A stretch of 49,817 nt of DNA from a virus. Every line of letters starts with the position of its first letter. Positions within the stretch are counted from its first letter, which is position 1. Of this stretch, positions 16,873-25,226 are shown piece by piece. The notes under the pieces are model-generated. The model saw only the letters and a program-made list of their open reading frames with translations, made no database searches and was not told the origin of the DNA. Both the position numbers and the translations under genes were made by a program. The DNA is taken from IMG/VR virus record IMGVR_UViG_3300005340_000010; one strand, written 5' to 3'.

Positions 16873-19179
16873 TTACGAAACAGGGGGTTGCTGAGGAGGT
16901 CCCGAAGGTGCTCCGGCGTTGTTTCCTCCGGCTGCGGGAAGATTCGGGTTAGGTCCACCTGTGCTTTGAGCATTCATTTCTCCTGCGCCGATTCCTGCAT
17001 TCTCGGCTGCGGCTGCTTCCTGTTCGGGCGTCATCTTACCGGTGATGCTGAGCTTCACCGGCACTTTGGGCGGTTGCGGAGGCTGCTGGAGCTTGGCTTT
17101 CAGCGCCTCGTTCCGTTCATGACTGATCGCTTCGATTTCCGGCATGAGGTCGTAGTTTTCCTCGTCCGTGACAATCTGACCCATCAGCTTGCGCATCATC
17201 TGCTGATCGCGTTCGATGATCTTCGCGAATGCGGAGACGGCACTCTGCGGAAGCGGCTTGTCGATGTTGACGATGGCGGCGATGATCTTCGCGATGTACT
17301 CGCCGTCCGACATGAGCGCTTGCTTGCGCATCATGATCTGCTGCGGGTCTTTTTCCTCGCTCAGCGCTTCATCGGCAGCGGTCAGGGCGATGCGGAAGTT
17401 ATCGAGCACGTCGCCAACAGGAAAGCGGAACGGAATCTCGATTGTGGCCTTCGACTCCTCATCCCACACCGGCAGCGTTTCTCCGAGCGGCTGAAACTGA
17501 CGGCGCGTTTCGGCGTCGAGACGAAGCAGGCGGCTCAGCTTCAGCGAAAGCCGCGCGAGAAACATCGTCTTCACCTGCTCGGCGTGTTCGTAAGCCTTTT
17601 CCGCTGTTCCGACTGGCGTTCTGCCGGATGGGCGACCGCCAGCCGTGAACTCGTTTTCCTTTGAATCGAGTTGCGACATCGACAGGAAAAACTTCAACAA
17701 CTCCAGCATGGAGTAGTGCTTCTCGCCCGCCGCGCAAGTTCCCCATTCCTTGTCTTTGATGCCAGGAATGTGCTCGCCAGGATAGATGACCTTGTGATTG
17801 TCGAAGTAGGCCGCCACGTCGGGCGCATTCGGGTCGTACCAGTAGAGCAGCGTTCCGGCGATGTGCGCGCCCTTGATTTCGCTCTGCGCCGCGTACGTGA
17901 ACATGGTCTGGTGATAGAGCATGCGATCAACGGTACAGTCGCCCTCGTCCATTTGATCGACCAGCTCGTACGGGCGGCAACGGTGCTCATAGTCGTTCAT
18001 CCAGCACGTCATCAGCTTGCCCGAGCCGAGGTGGAAATCACCGAGGAGAGAGAGCCGCTTCTGTTTCCACTTCTTCTTTCCGTCAAGCGTCGTCGGGTCT
18101 TGCGGGTCAATGTACTTCACGTCCCAAAAGAACCACGTCAACCAATTCGGGACCATCTGCGTTTGCTTCGATGCCGACTTGCGTTCCGTCGATTGCGCGG
18201 CGCGCGTCCGGAACTCATCGACTGCATCGACGGTTGCGGCGGAAAGCGAAAGCGCCTCAGCGTCATCCTTGACGAGGAACAACTCGCCCGCCGCAAATCG
18301 CTTCGCCGTTTCGTCGGGACGCATGTACTTCCGCTCGGCGAACCACGGCGCTCGGTCGATACCATCTTCGTCGTAAAGGAACTCCACCGGCATCATTCCA
18401 TTCGTGAATGGGACGAGATACCACTTGATGAGATCGCCCTGCATCCGCGTCTCTTCGAACTTGTCGTCGAGGTCGATGTAAACGCCGTCGCTCTTTGCGT
18501 TGGCGCTCGTTCGCTCGCTCGGATCGGCGACGACTTTCCACCAATACGGCGAACCGGTGACAGCGCCCTTGATGCCGCGCATGAGTTTCGGGCCGATCTG
18601 AATTCGCTCACGCATCACGAAGTCATAGGATTGCTCCAGACGGTGTGCGACCAGTTCGGCGGTCTGCTTTTCGGCGGTGACGACATTGTGTGGCGCAGGC
18701 GGCGCTTCCATTCCCGGCGCGGCAGGCTCCGGCGGCATCGATACTTGCTCGCCGGGAACGTCATAGACAGCCTTGAGGTACGCATCAATCGAGAAAACAG
18801 GCCGTGGCCGCATGCTCGCGTTGTAGACGCTGGCGATGATCTGGTCCGCCGGAATGCGCGCGATCGGAGCGGGGTACATCGAACGTCCGCCGTCCGGAAT
18901 CGGCACTTTGATCGTGCGATAGGTCTCTTTGTTTTCGACGGAGCGATTCCAGATCGGAATCCAATCTTCGTAGGTCGTGTCCATCGACGTTTTGAGGAAA
19001 GCGTTGACCTTTATCAACTCTTCGTCGCTGAAGATGACGCGTGTGTGACCGTTCGTGTCCATCTCCAACTCGACGGCTTCGACTTCGTAGGAGAGGAGAT
19101 CGGAGAGCTTCAATTCGGACCCCGAAACAATGGCGCCCAGTGCGTTGGATTGACAACTTGGCACTCGTCGTTTTCCCAA
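16873..19179 (-). CDS. Portal protein candidate, 768 aa (start may be TTG 19113 or a downstream ATG)
   Basis: Large ORF immediately after terL, of a size typical for P22-type portals. The annotated ATG overlaps the upstream ORF by 70 nt. TTG 19113 forms a TTGA overlap with that ORF's stop. Confidence 0.65.
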   Translation of the reverse strand: MGKRRVPSCQSNALGAIVSGSELKLSDLLSYEVEAVELEMDTNGHTRVIFSDEELIKVNAFLKTSMDTTYEDWIPIWNRSVENKETYRTIKVPIPDGGRSMYPAPIARIPADQIIASVYNASMRPRPVFSIDAYLKAVYDVPGEQVSMPPEPAAPGMEAPPAPHNVVTAEKQTAELVAHRLEQSYDFVMRERIQIGPKLMRGIKGAVTGSPYWWKVVADPSERTSANAKSDGVYIDLDDKFEETRMQGDLIKWYLVPFTNGMMPVEFLYDEDGIDRAPWFAERKYMRPDETAKRFAAGELFLVKDDAEALSLSAATVDAVDEFRTRAAQSTERKSASKQTQMVPNWLTWFFWDVKYIDPQDPTTLDGKKKWKQKRLSLLGDFHLGSGKLMTCWMNDYEHRCRPYELVDQMDEGDCTVDRMLYHQTMFTYAAQSEIKGAHIAGTLLYWYDPNAPDVAAYFDNHKVIYPGEHIPGIKDKEWGTCAAGEKHYSMLELLKFFLSMSQLDSKENEFTAGGRPSGRTPVGTAEKAYEHAEQVKTMFLARLSLKLSRLLRLDAETRRQFQPLGETLPVWDEESKATIEIPFRFPVGDVLDNFRIALTAADEALSEEKDPQQIMMRKQALMSDGEYIAKIIAAIVNIDKPLPQSAVSAFAKIIERDQQMMRKLMGQIVTDEENYDLMPEIEAISHERNEALKAKLQQPPQPPKVPVKLSITGKMTPEQEAAAAENAGIGAGEMNAQSTGGPNPNLPAAGGNNAGAPSGPPQQPPVS

Positions 19180-19385
19180 GTCGCACCATTGCCGCCCTCA
19201 GGCGCAGCCACAAACTTATTCACGCCAATCGGGCACACCAAGTCGGCGACTTCGCTCGGTTCGTACGTGAAGGTGAACTCGCCAGCGCTAGGCAAGGCGT
19301 CATGAACATTGATCCATTTGGTTTCGCGATTCGGGGACGCCCATTTTTCATCAACGGCATCCGAGATAACATCCTTGATGCTCAT
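19110..19385 (-). CDS. DUF551-like small protein, 91 aa
   Basis: KWINVHDALPSAG...PTHWAPL matches the W-I-x-V-x-x-x-L-P ... THW-x-PL pattern also seen in 23863..24096. It lies between terL and portal. Confidence 0.5.
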   Translation of the reverse strand: MSIKDVISDAVDEKWASPNRETKWINVHDALPSAGEFTFTYEPSEVADLVCPIGVNKFVAAPEGGNGATWENDECQVVNPTHWAPLFRGPN

Positions 19386-21352
19386 CGCGCATACCTCGTC
19401 GGCGGCGGAACAAACGCTCGCGAATCAACCGGAATCCCGAGAATCGGATCAATCGAAACGCGAGGCGCAACCGCTTTCGGCTCCGCATCAATCCGCCTCG
19501 CCGCGCGAAGCACCGATCCGGCCATCGCGAGCGTGTCGGCGATTCCGTCCTGATCGGCAACCTCGTTTTTCGGCGTGGACTTTATCAACTTAAGCTCTTG
19601 GCGCGTGATGTTACCACCGAAGCGGTCAGCGCCTCGCGAATCGCGGTACGGCGGCGCAAGGAGGAATCGGTAGACGTTCATCGGCTCGGCGACGGCTTCT
19701 TTCAGCCTCACGGCCTTGATTCCGCGCATTTGCTTGACCTTCGTCATTCGCGAGGCCATGCGCCGAAGCCGTCGATCCGTTTTGATGAGGTGTTGAATGT
19801 AGGCATCCTGGTTTGCCGCTCCGTCGAAGCCGATGATGCGCGGATGCCAGATTTCATCGACGTAAACGAGCGCGTTGATCCATCCTTCGACGCCGGATCG
19901 GTCGCTCAGCGTTTCGAGTTGAAATTTCACGCCGTCTGGGTCTTGACCGATGCACGACACGCCCCAATTGTCCGTGAACTTCTGCTCGGACCACGCGGGG
20001 TCAACAAGAATCGCGCGGTCGAGCTCCTGCCACGGATCGTAGCTGATGATGTCCGCATTCTGCCGCCAATCCTCCAATAGCTCGCCCTTCGCGTCGTAGA
20101 TCGGCGGACGTTTCGGATTGCGAACCGGCTTGCCGAATTTGTCGCGGCGAAAACGGGCGACAAGGAAGTGCCCGCGCTTCTGCCAATTCGGATTCGGATG
20201 CTCGTACGGGCCAAGCCACCAACGGTTCGGATCATCGACCATATCGGGAGGAAACAGACGCAGAGTGCCGCCGGTCGCCGACAGGAGATACTGATTCCAC
20301 CAGACGCGGTAGCCGTCCTCGTCTTCCTCGCCGGAAAGAACGTGTTCCTGCTCAGTCGTGATGCGCTCGGATGGAAAAATCTGCGGACACGTCGGTTTGC
20401 CGCGCTCCAGAATGTTTGTGATCTTGCCTTCGTGCTCTTCGATCGGAACGCGGAGCGTGAAACAATCGGGGATCTTACAAAGTTCGGTGTCGTCGTCGTC
20501 TTCATCGTGCTTCGTGCCGACTTCCAGCCGCCGGATGACGCGCGTCGGCATGTAGAAGCCGGTCATGCGCTTCATGTACTTTTTCACTTCGCGCATTTCG
20601 GCGATGGAGGTCAGGTCGGTGATTAAATCGTCAGTCACGAAGGTGTCGTAGTGCGCGGCTTCGTCCGTGGAGTTGTATCCACCCGCCTGGATCGTTTTCT
20701 GTGGATGTGAGATCGTTCTGCCGCCGAGGGTGATGCGTTTCTGCCCGATCAGCTTCGTAAGGTCCCCGTCAGGGATGCGCTCGGGGAAAAAATCGCGATA
20801 CGTGCCCGACAAAATCGTCTGCGCGATCTGTTCGCAGAACGCCCATGCCATCGGGTCAATCGCATGCGTGATTTTGATCGTCCTGTTCGGGTCTTTCGTG
20901 GCGATGAAAGTGGTTCCGCCGTGCGTGATGGTCGAAGATTTGTAGAGACGACGGAAAAGGCGGAAATTGAGGATCGCCGGACGCATCAGCGAGCCGTTGA
21001 TGAGCAGGTCAATCTCCGCGCGACCCTCGGGGGTCCTCCACGGACGCGCCCCGAACTGCGAAAAGCGCGTCGCGAAGCCGAGACGCAGCTTTCGCGTCAC
21101 GTACCCGTCGAGTTTCGGATTTTCGAGCGTTTCGATCAGCCGATCCGTGAGGCCGCACGCCATGTAGGAGAGTGGCATGTGAATCTCTGGCACAAGATCG
21201 GTGTGCTTGCAGATTCGCTTCGTGAAAAGGTAAGAATCTTCAAGGATTGCGGCCTTCAGACGCTCGAAAGCGCCAGTTGAGAGGCTTCGGCGGCGGTCGC
21301 GGGAGACGATCGCCGCTTCGGCGTCCTCTTGATCGTCGATCGGGTCGCTCAT
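19382..21352 (-). CDS. terL: Terminase large subunit candidate, 656 aa
   Basis: Sits directly upstream of portal and has an ATGA overlap with the terS-like gene. The C-terminal ILVDPAWSE...VSCIGQDPDG resembles the terminase RNase-H-like nuclease motif. The Walker A region is not clean by eye (RRLYKSST). Confidence 0.65.
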   Translation of the reverse strand: MSDPIDDQEDAEAAIVSRDRRRSLSTGAFERLKAAILEDSYLFTKRICKHTDLVPEIHMPLSYMACGLTDRLIETLENPKLDGYVTRKLRLGFATRFSQFGARPWRTPEGRAEIDLLINGSLMRPAILNFRLFRRLYKSSTITHGGTTFIATKDPNRTIKITHAIDPMAWAFCEQIAQTILSGTYRDFFPERIPDGDLTKLIGQKRITLGGRTISHPQKTIQAGGYNSTDEAAHYDTFVTDDLITDLTSIAEMREVKKYMKRMTGFYMPTRVIRRLEVGTKHDEDDDDTELCKIPDCFTLRVPIEEHEGKITNILERGKPTCPQIFPSERITTEQEHVLSGEEDEDGYRVWWNQYLLSATGGTLRLFPPDMVDDPNRWWLGPYEHPNPNWQKRGHFLVARFRRDKFGKPVRNPKRPPIYDAKGELLEDWRQNADIISYDPWQELDRAILVDPAWSEQKFTDNWGVSCIGQDPDGVKFQLETLSDRSGVEGWINALVYVDEIWHPRIIGFDGAANQDAYIQHLIKTDRRLRRMASRMTKVKQMRGIKAVRLKEAVAEPMNVYRFLLAPPYRDSRGADRFGGNITRQELKLIKSTPKNEVADQDGIADTLAMAGSVLRAARRIDAEPKAVAPRVSIDPILGIPVDSRAFVPPPTRYAR

Positions 21353-21963
21353 TCCTGCACGATTTCGGCGTCCCGTACGCCTTCGATCAGCGCCGTGGGC
21401 CTGCGAAGCTGATTGATCTGCGCCATCTCGCGCAGAATCTCGTCCAACTCGCCGCCGTCCACTTCCCGTCGTGTTACGTTTTCGTTACGGGTCATGATGG
21501 CCTTACGGTCAAGCGGCTTACCCTCGGTCCGCTCGATACCCATCTCGGCGGCGCGGAGATGAACGGGGTCCGGCATCTTTTCGTCGGGCTGGTTGAGGCC
21601 ATGATTGACCGCTTTCGCCACCAGTTTGTAGGACTTTTTGTGCAACTCCTTTTTCATCTCGCGCATGTCCTCTTCGGCGGCGCGCAAACGGTCCTCGATG
21701 TAACGATCCAGCGCCGTGCGCACCCACGTCCGAACCTGCGGGATCACGTCGGAGTGCGGATAGCGGTCGAAACGGTGCCGGATCGCGTTGATGTGCAGGC
21801 CGAAGTGATCGGCGATGTCTTGGTGCTTCCAGTCGCAGGCCAGCATCGCCGCGATCTTGATATCCATCACGACGGCATCGTAGGTGATCTCTTTGGCGCC
21901 CGGAATCTCTTTCGGTCGCCCGACTGGTCGGCCTGTTCCCATTTCGAGGAATGAGTGTAACAT
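21349..21963 (-). CDS. terS: Terminase small subunit candidate, 204 aa
   Basis: HTH-like HQDIADHFGLHINAIRHRF near the N-terminus and a charged helical middle region. It is coupled to terL. The start may be ATG 21942. Confidence 0.5.
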   Translation of the reverse strand: MLHSFLEMGTGRPVGRPKEIPGAKEITYDAVVMDIKIAAMLACDWKHQDIADHFGLHINAIRHRFDRYPHSDVIPQVRTWVRTALDRYIEDRLRAAEEDMREMKKELHKKSYKLVAKAVNHGLNQPDEKMPDPVHLRAAEMGIERTEGKPLDRKAIMTRNENVTRREVDGGELDEILREMAQINQLRRPTALIEGVRDAEIVQE

Positions 21964-21964
21964 T
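21936..21964 (+). promoter_or_regulatory. Promoter-like element TTCCCA-17-AACATT, 7 nt before ATG 21972 (leaderless)
   Basis: Same 17-bp spacer and nAnnTT -10 as the other early promoters. The -35 is weaker. There is no SD before ATG 21972. Confidence 0.35.
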
Positions 21965-21971
21965 CTGCCCC

Positions 21972-22400
21972 ATGGCGACTGAACAGACGGCGACCGCTCC
22001 TTTCCTCAATCCCGCCCCCGGACGTTGCGTAGTGCGAATCGTGCCGCGACTCCTCCAGACCGAAACCGCTGACGGAATTGTCGTCGAGCTCGACGGACGA
22101 TACGAAAATCAGCCGATGGTGGGTGTTCTCCTCGTCGTCGGCGATCCGTGCAACTCCGTCGAAGAAGTGAAGGCGAAATGGGCCGTCGAGCGCGCGAAAC
22201 TCGGCGAGCTTTTCGTGTTCAGCCAGTACGGCAGCGGGTCGCCTTACTGGAATGACGAGATGCGCAAGATGTTGCCGCTCGGCTACGACTTCCGATGGTT
22301 GCAAGGGCTGCGGCTCTTCGACATCGGCCAGCTCGGGGCGACCATTTCGGGCGCGGGCCAGTACGGAGAGGTTCCGGTGCCGCCGGAGGCCGCGAATTGA
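21972..22400 (+). CDS. GroES/Cpn10-like co-chaperonin, 142 aa
   Basis: GRCVVRIVP..TETADGIVVELDG..PMVGVLLVVGDP and ELFVFSQYGSGSP...LRLFDIGQLGATI align by eye with the Cpn10 pattern (RVLV, GIVLP, G.VVAVG, KVLF.KYAGTE, L.E.DILAVI). Confidence 0.5.
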   Translation: MATEQTATAPFLNPAPGRCVVRIVPRLLQTETADGIVVELDGRYENQPMVGVLLVVGDPCNSVEEVKAKWAVERAKLGELFVFSQYGSGSPYWNDEMRKMLPLGYDFRWLQGLRLFDIGQLGATISGAGQYGEVPVPPEAAN

Positions 22401-22618
22401 GCGCGCAAATCGGTCGCGTCCAGTGGTCGAAGCTCGGAATCACGATCTACGACGGCGAAGGTTCGTTCGTCAGCCGGATCGAGCATCCGAAGGACCGCCA
22501 TTTCTTCAACGAAATGATCGTCGCGGCGCTGCGCAAGGTCAGCGAAGAGCAGGCCAAGCGGCGGATGTTTCGGATGGATGAGGCGGAAGTTGCCGAAGTT
22601 GTAGTGGCGGCGGTCTAG
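22397..22618 (+). CDS. Hypothetical protein, 73 aa
   Basis: TTG 22397 forms a TTGA overlap with the upstream stop. Its TAG overlaps the stop of the convergent gene 22615..22836 within CTAG. Confidence 0.45.
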   Translation: MSAQIGRVQWSKLGITIYDGEGSFVSRIEHPKDRHFFNEMIVAALRKVSEEQAKRRMFRMDEAEVAEVVVAAV

Positions 22619-22836
22619 TGAGAACGCAGTAGTGGTTTGAGCCGCGCCGCCGTGAAGCGATCGTGAACCACAACCCCGCTGTCAAACCGAGGCCGACACG
22701 GGCAAGCCGAACTGAGGATGTGCATCTTTCGCTCCGGCAGATAGAGCACATGCGGATGATCGTCGTATCCGGTAGTGCGCAGCCATTTTCCGCCGAGAGG
22801 CATGATCGTGTGTCGAAGGTCGAGAGGCTGAGCCAT
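22615..22836 (-). CDS. Small H-C-C-H motif protein, 73 aa (paralogue of 43258..43437)
   Basis: DDHPHVLYLPERKMHILSSACPCRPRFDSGVVVHD aligns with DDGRPHVIYKPEASKHESRASCACGTSIERGVVTH in the other ORF. Confidence 0.55.
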   Translation of the reverse strand: MAQPLDLRHTIMPLGGKWLRTTGYDDHPHVLYLPERKMHILSSACPCRPRFDSGVVVHDRFTAARLKPLLRSH

Positions 22837-22840
22837 GCCG

Positions 22841-23206
22841 TTACGTGTACGCGATCCGCACCGTAATCGCCGTCGAAGGTCCGGTGCTGCCAGCCGTACC
22901 GCCCGCCGTGGTCGAAGCGCACGAAAGCGCCGTTCCGAACACGAGGCCAGCGGGAATCGGAATGTTGACGATCGTAGACGCGGGCAACAGGATCACCATA
23001 TCCGGCACTGTCGTTCCGACCGTGACCGATCCTGCTGCTACGTTCCAGAGCTTCAAGTACGTTGCTGTACCATTGGCCGAATTGTCGGCGTAGATGTAGC
23101 TCACGGTCGCGGAGGAGGCTTTCACGGCGACGGCGGTTGAGGAGTTCGCCGTGTCAGTGAAGAGCGAGGTGGAGAGGGTGGAAATGGTTTGGTTCGTGAC
23201 GGCCAT
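22841..23206 (-). CDS. Hypothetical beta-rich S/T/A-rich protein, 121 aa
   Basis: ORF in the 24287->22615 operon with composition like a structural or decoration protein. Confidence 0.55.
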   Translation of the reverse strand: MAVTNQTISTLSTSLFTDTANSSTAVAVKASSATVSYIYADNSANGTATYLKLWNVAAGSVTVGTTVPDMVILLPASTIVNIPIPAGLVFGTALSCASTTAGGTAGSTGPSTAITVRIAYT

Positions 23207-23400
23207 CAGCGGCTCCCGTTTTCGTCCGGCTGTTTTTGCGCGGCGGCGATGAATTCAGATAGTTGCGATGGAGTCAGGCGTGTCGTCTGTTCGTCGTCAT
23301 CGCTCGGGATGTAGCCGACGATGCCGCCCTTGTAGTCATCGAAGCGGATAGTGGTCGTCATCTTCGCCGAGGCGAGAATCATCCCTTGCTCGCGCCTCAC
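23206..23400 (-). CDS. Hypothetical protein, 64 aa
   Basis: 1-nt and 4-nt overlaps with its neighbours. Confidence 0.5.
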   Translation of the reverse strand: MRREQGMILASAKMTTTIRFDDYKGGIVGYIPSDDDEQTTRLTPSQLSEFIAAAQKQPDENGSR

Positions 23401-23642
23401 GGCAAATCCTTTGCCGGAATCCGCACGGCTCGCGCACCAGCTCCGACCGAATAGGCGTCGGGATTTTCGGAGAGTAGCTTGATCGCTTTGCGCTTCGCCT
23501 CGTCAATGGCTCGCGGGTTGTCATCGAGTTCATCACGAGGAATGATGACCGCAACGGCGGCGCGGAATCGGGCGTGAACGGTTACATCGAGCGTGTCGAT
23601 ACTGCGCTCGGCCTCAACGTCGATGTTTTGCGGGTCGATCAT
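23397..23642 (-). CDS. Hypothetical protein, 81 aa
   Basis: ATG 23642 was chosen (MIDPQNIDVE...). The tracked upstream extension is Arg-rich and overlaps other ORFs. Confidence 0.45.
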   Translation of the reverse strand: MIDPQNIDVEAERSIDTLDVTVHARFRAAVAVIIPRDELDDNPRAIDEAKRKAIKLLSENPDAYSVGAGARAVRIPAKDLP

Positions 23643-23713
23643 GTCGGGAGTGTAGCAGAGTCGGCGGGGACGTACGGTATCGGCTGAACGCCGAGTATGC
23701 GGCAGGCGACCTC

Positions 23714-23866
23714 TCATCGGGTGGCTACGACAAGACGGACGATTAACTCCATGCCGATTTCGCGGCAGACAACCCACTCGCGAACGCCGTTGACGAAGAG
23801 CACTTCATCGCAGGTGCATTCCTGAACCAGCTTTCCGAAGTAGCCGAAGCTGACATCGCCCCTCAT
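23714..23866 (-). CDS. Hypothetical protein, 50 aa
   Basis: ATGA overlap with the stop of 23863..24096. It is below the ORF-track size cut-off as an independent ORF. Confidence 0.4.
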   Translation of the reverse strand: MRGDVSFGYFGKLVQECTCDEVLFVNGVREWVVCREIGMELIVRLVVATR

Positions 23867-24096
23867 TCCGGCGGCTCCGGCAGCGGCATCCAGTGGGTAA
23901 CGTTGCCAGGCGGATAGCGCGACAAACCTTCGGCTTCGTACACGCGAAAGAAGCCTTCTGAGTTGAAGGCGAGCACCACGCCCACCTCCGGCAGGCGTTC
24001 GGTGACGGGAATCCAGTGGGGCCAGCAAAGTCCCGTAGGCGTGTGGTCGTTGACGAGATCGCGTCCGCAGTTGGCGCAACTCACGGCAGCCTCCAT
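23863..24096 (-). CDS. DUF551 domain protein, 77 aa
   Basis: HWIPVTERLPEVG...VTHWMPLPEPPE is the hallmark DUF551 pattern. CANCG lies at the N-terminus. Confidence 0.65.
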   Translation of the reverse strand: MEAAVSCANCGRDLVNDHTPTGLCWPHWIPVTERLPEVGVVLAFNSEGFFRVYEAEGLSRYPPGNVTHWMPLPEPPE

Positions 24097-24287
24097 TCGG
24101 ACTTCAGAACGTCAACAGTCGCGCCAGCCGAAAACGTCAACATCTTGAAGTTTGCGGCCTGAACTTCCGTGAGTTCTAGGCGTTCTCCGGCGGCGAGTTG
24201 CTTTCCGGTCGCCATGCTCGGTTCGCGACCGTCCAACGTGTAGCAGATGCTTGAATCGCGAGGGGTGACATAGGTCCAAGTAGTCAT
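24081..24287 (-). CDS. Small protein, 68 aa, first gene of the operon (leaderless start)
   Basis: ATG 24287 lies 8 nt after a -10 element and has no SD. ICYTLDGREPS resembles the YTxDGSxP motif of chitobiase/Fn3-associated domains. Confidence 0.5.
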   Translation of the reverse strand: MTTWTYVTPRDSSICYTLDGREPSMATGKQLAAGERLELTEVQAANFKMLTFSAGATVDVLKSEWRLP

Positions 24288-24294
24288 ACCGAGC

Positions 24295-24323
24295 AATTTG
24301 GGTCCGAGGGGGCGGATTGTCAA
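24295..24323 (-). promoter_or_regulatory. Sigma70-like promoter TTGACA-17-CAAATT, 7 nt before ATG 24287
   Basis: The minus strand reads ttggaccTTGACAatccgccccctcggaccCAAATTgctcggtATG. Confidence 0.55.
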
Positions 24324-24439
24324 GGTCCAAAGTTGGGCATTTTTTGTGGTGTCGAATGGACGTTTCCGACCACCCTCCTCTCGGGGTACCGGGGGAGGGG
24401 GTCTACTACCCCCTCTTCGGCGACTCACCCGCTGACCAC

Positions 24440-24468
24440 TTTACGCTTCAAAGTACTCTCGAAACTTT
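24440..24468 (+). promoter_or_regulatory. Promoter-like element TTTACG-17-AACTTT pointing into the ORF-poor island
   Basis: 17-bp spacer and nAnnTT -10. ATG 24478 of a doubtful 85-aa Cys/Gly-rich ORF follows after 9 nt. Confidence 0.3.
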
Positions 24469-24583
24469 TCACCGAGAATGTGCCGGTTCATGAGGAAAAA
24501 ACGAAGCAATTCCGTGTCAGAAGCGGAAGCGTGCCAAGCCTGTCGATGCGCCGATGTTTCGTTCGCTCGGCCTGACTGCTGGC

Positions 24584-24600
24584 GGGAGGGCGGGAGGGGG
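24584..24600 (+). other. Canonical G-quadruplex motif GGGaGGGcGGGaGGGGG
   Basis: Four G3+ tracts separated by single-nucleotide loops, read directly from the sequence. Confidence 0.6.
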
Positions 24601-25226
24601 ATCGGGTCCGAAATCAGCCCTGAATTCCATGGGACACCAAGATTCATGTGTGGAGTTGGCACGGATTCGCTCTCGATAGGAGGCGGCGGGGAAATTGGCA
24701 GGATTGGAGGGGGAGAGGGGAAAGGTTTCCGCTAGTCCGAGCACCTTCCCCCGTCATAGTACGAGACGGGCGGCCACAGTGAAGCCGGATGTCCCCTCAG
24801 CCGAGAGACGGACGTGTTGCCACGTATGACAGGGACCGGGACGCAGTGCTCGTGAGCGGATCGACTACCGCAGCGTTGCCCGGATTTGAGTGCTGAGAGG
24901 GTGCCTGACTCTTCGCAGGAAGTCGCCCTGCGCGCCCGACCGTTCGTGTTAGGGAGGAACCGTCTGTCGAACTCCCCGCGGGGACCTGTGGTATCCTTTT
25001 TCCGCGTTTGTGCATTGACGGCGCCACGATACGCTTCGTTGCGCGCGCTACGCAAGTGTGGTGAATAAGCCACACTCCTCTGCGGCCCGTCGTTGGCCGC
25101 CTCGCCGAACAAAACGGTTCGAGGCGGCCCGACACCTTGCTTTTTCGCCGCTTCGAACCGACATTGCTGTATGCCAGCTCTGCTCCCAACGGCGACCAGC
25201 CATCGCGGCCTTCGCGGTTGCACGCC

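Larger units (their letters stand above)
24324..25226. other. ORF-poor, G-tract-rich intergenic island between divergent promoters (candidate origin or structured RNA)
   Basis: No ORF here has plausible composition or start context, in an otherwise gap-free genome. It contains several GC hairpins and G-tract clusters. Confidence 0.6.

Noticed and set aside
19382-21352. Calling a degenerate Walker A (RRLYKSST instead of G-K-S/T) in the large terminase as a finding.
   Set aside because: The motif was located by eye only, without an alignment, and I may have chosen the wrong segment. It is noted in the feature evidence but not promoted to a finding.
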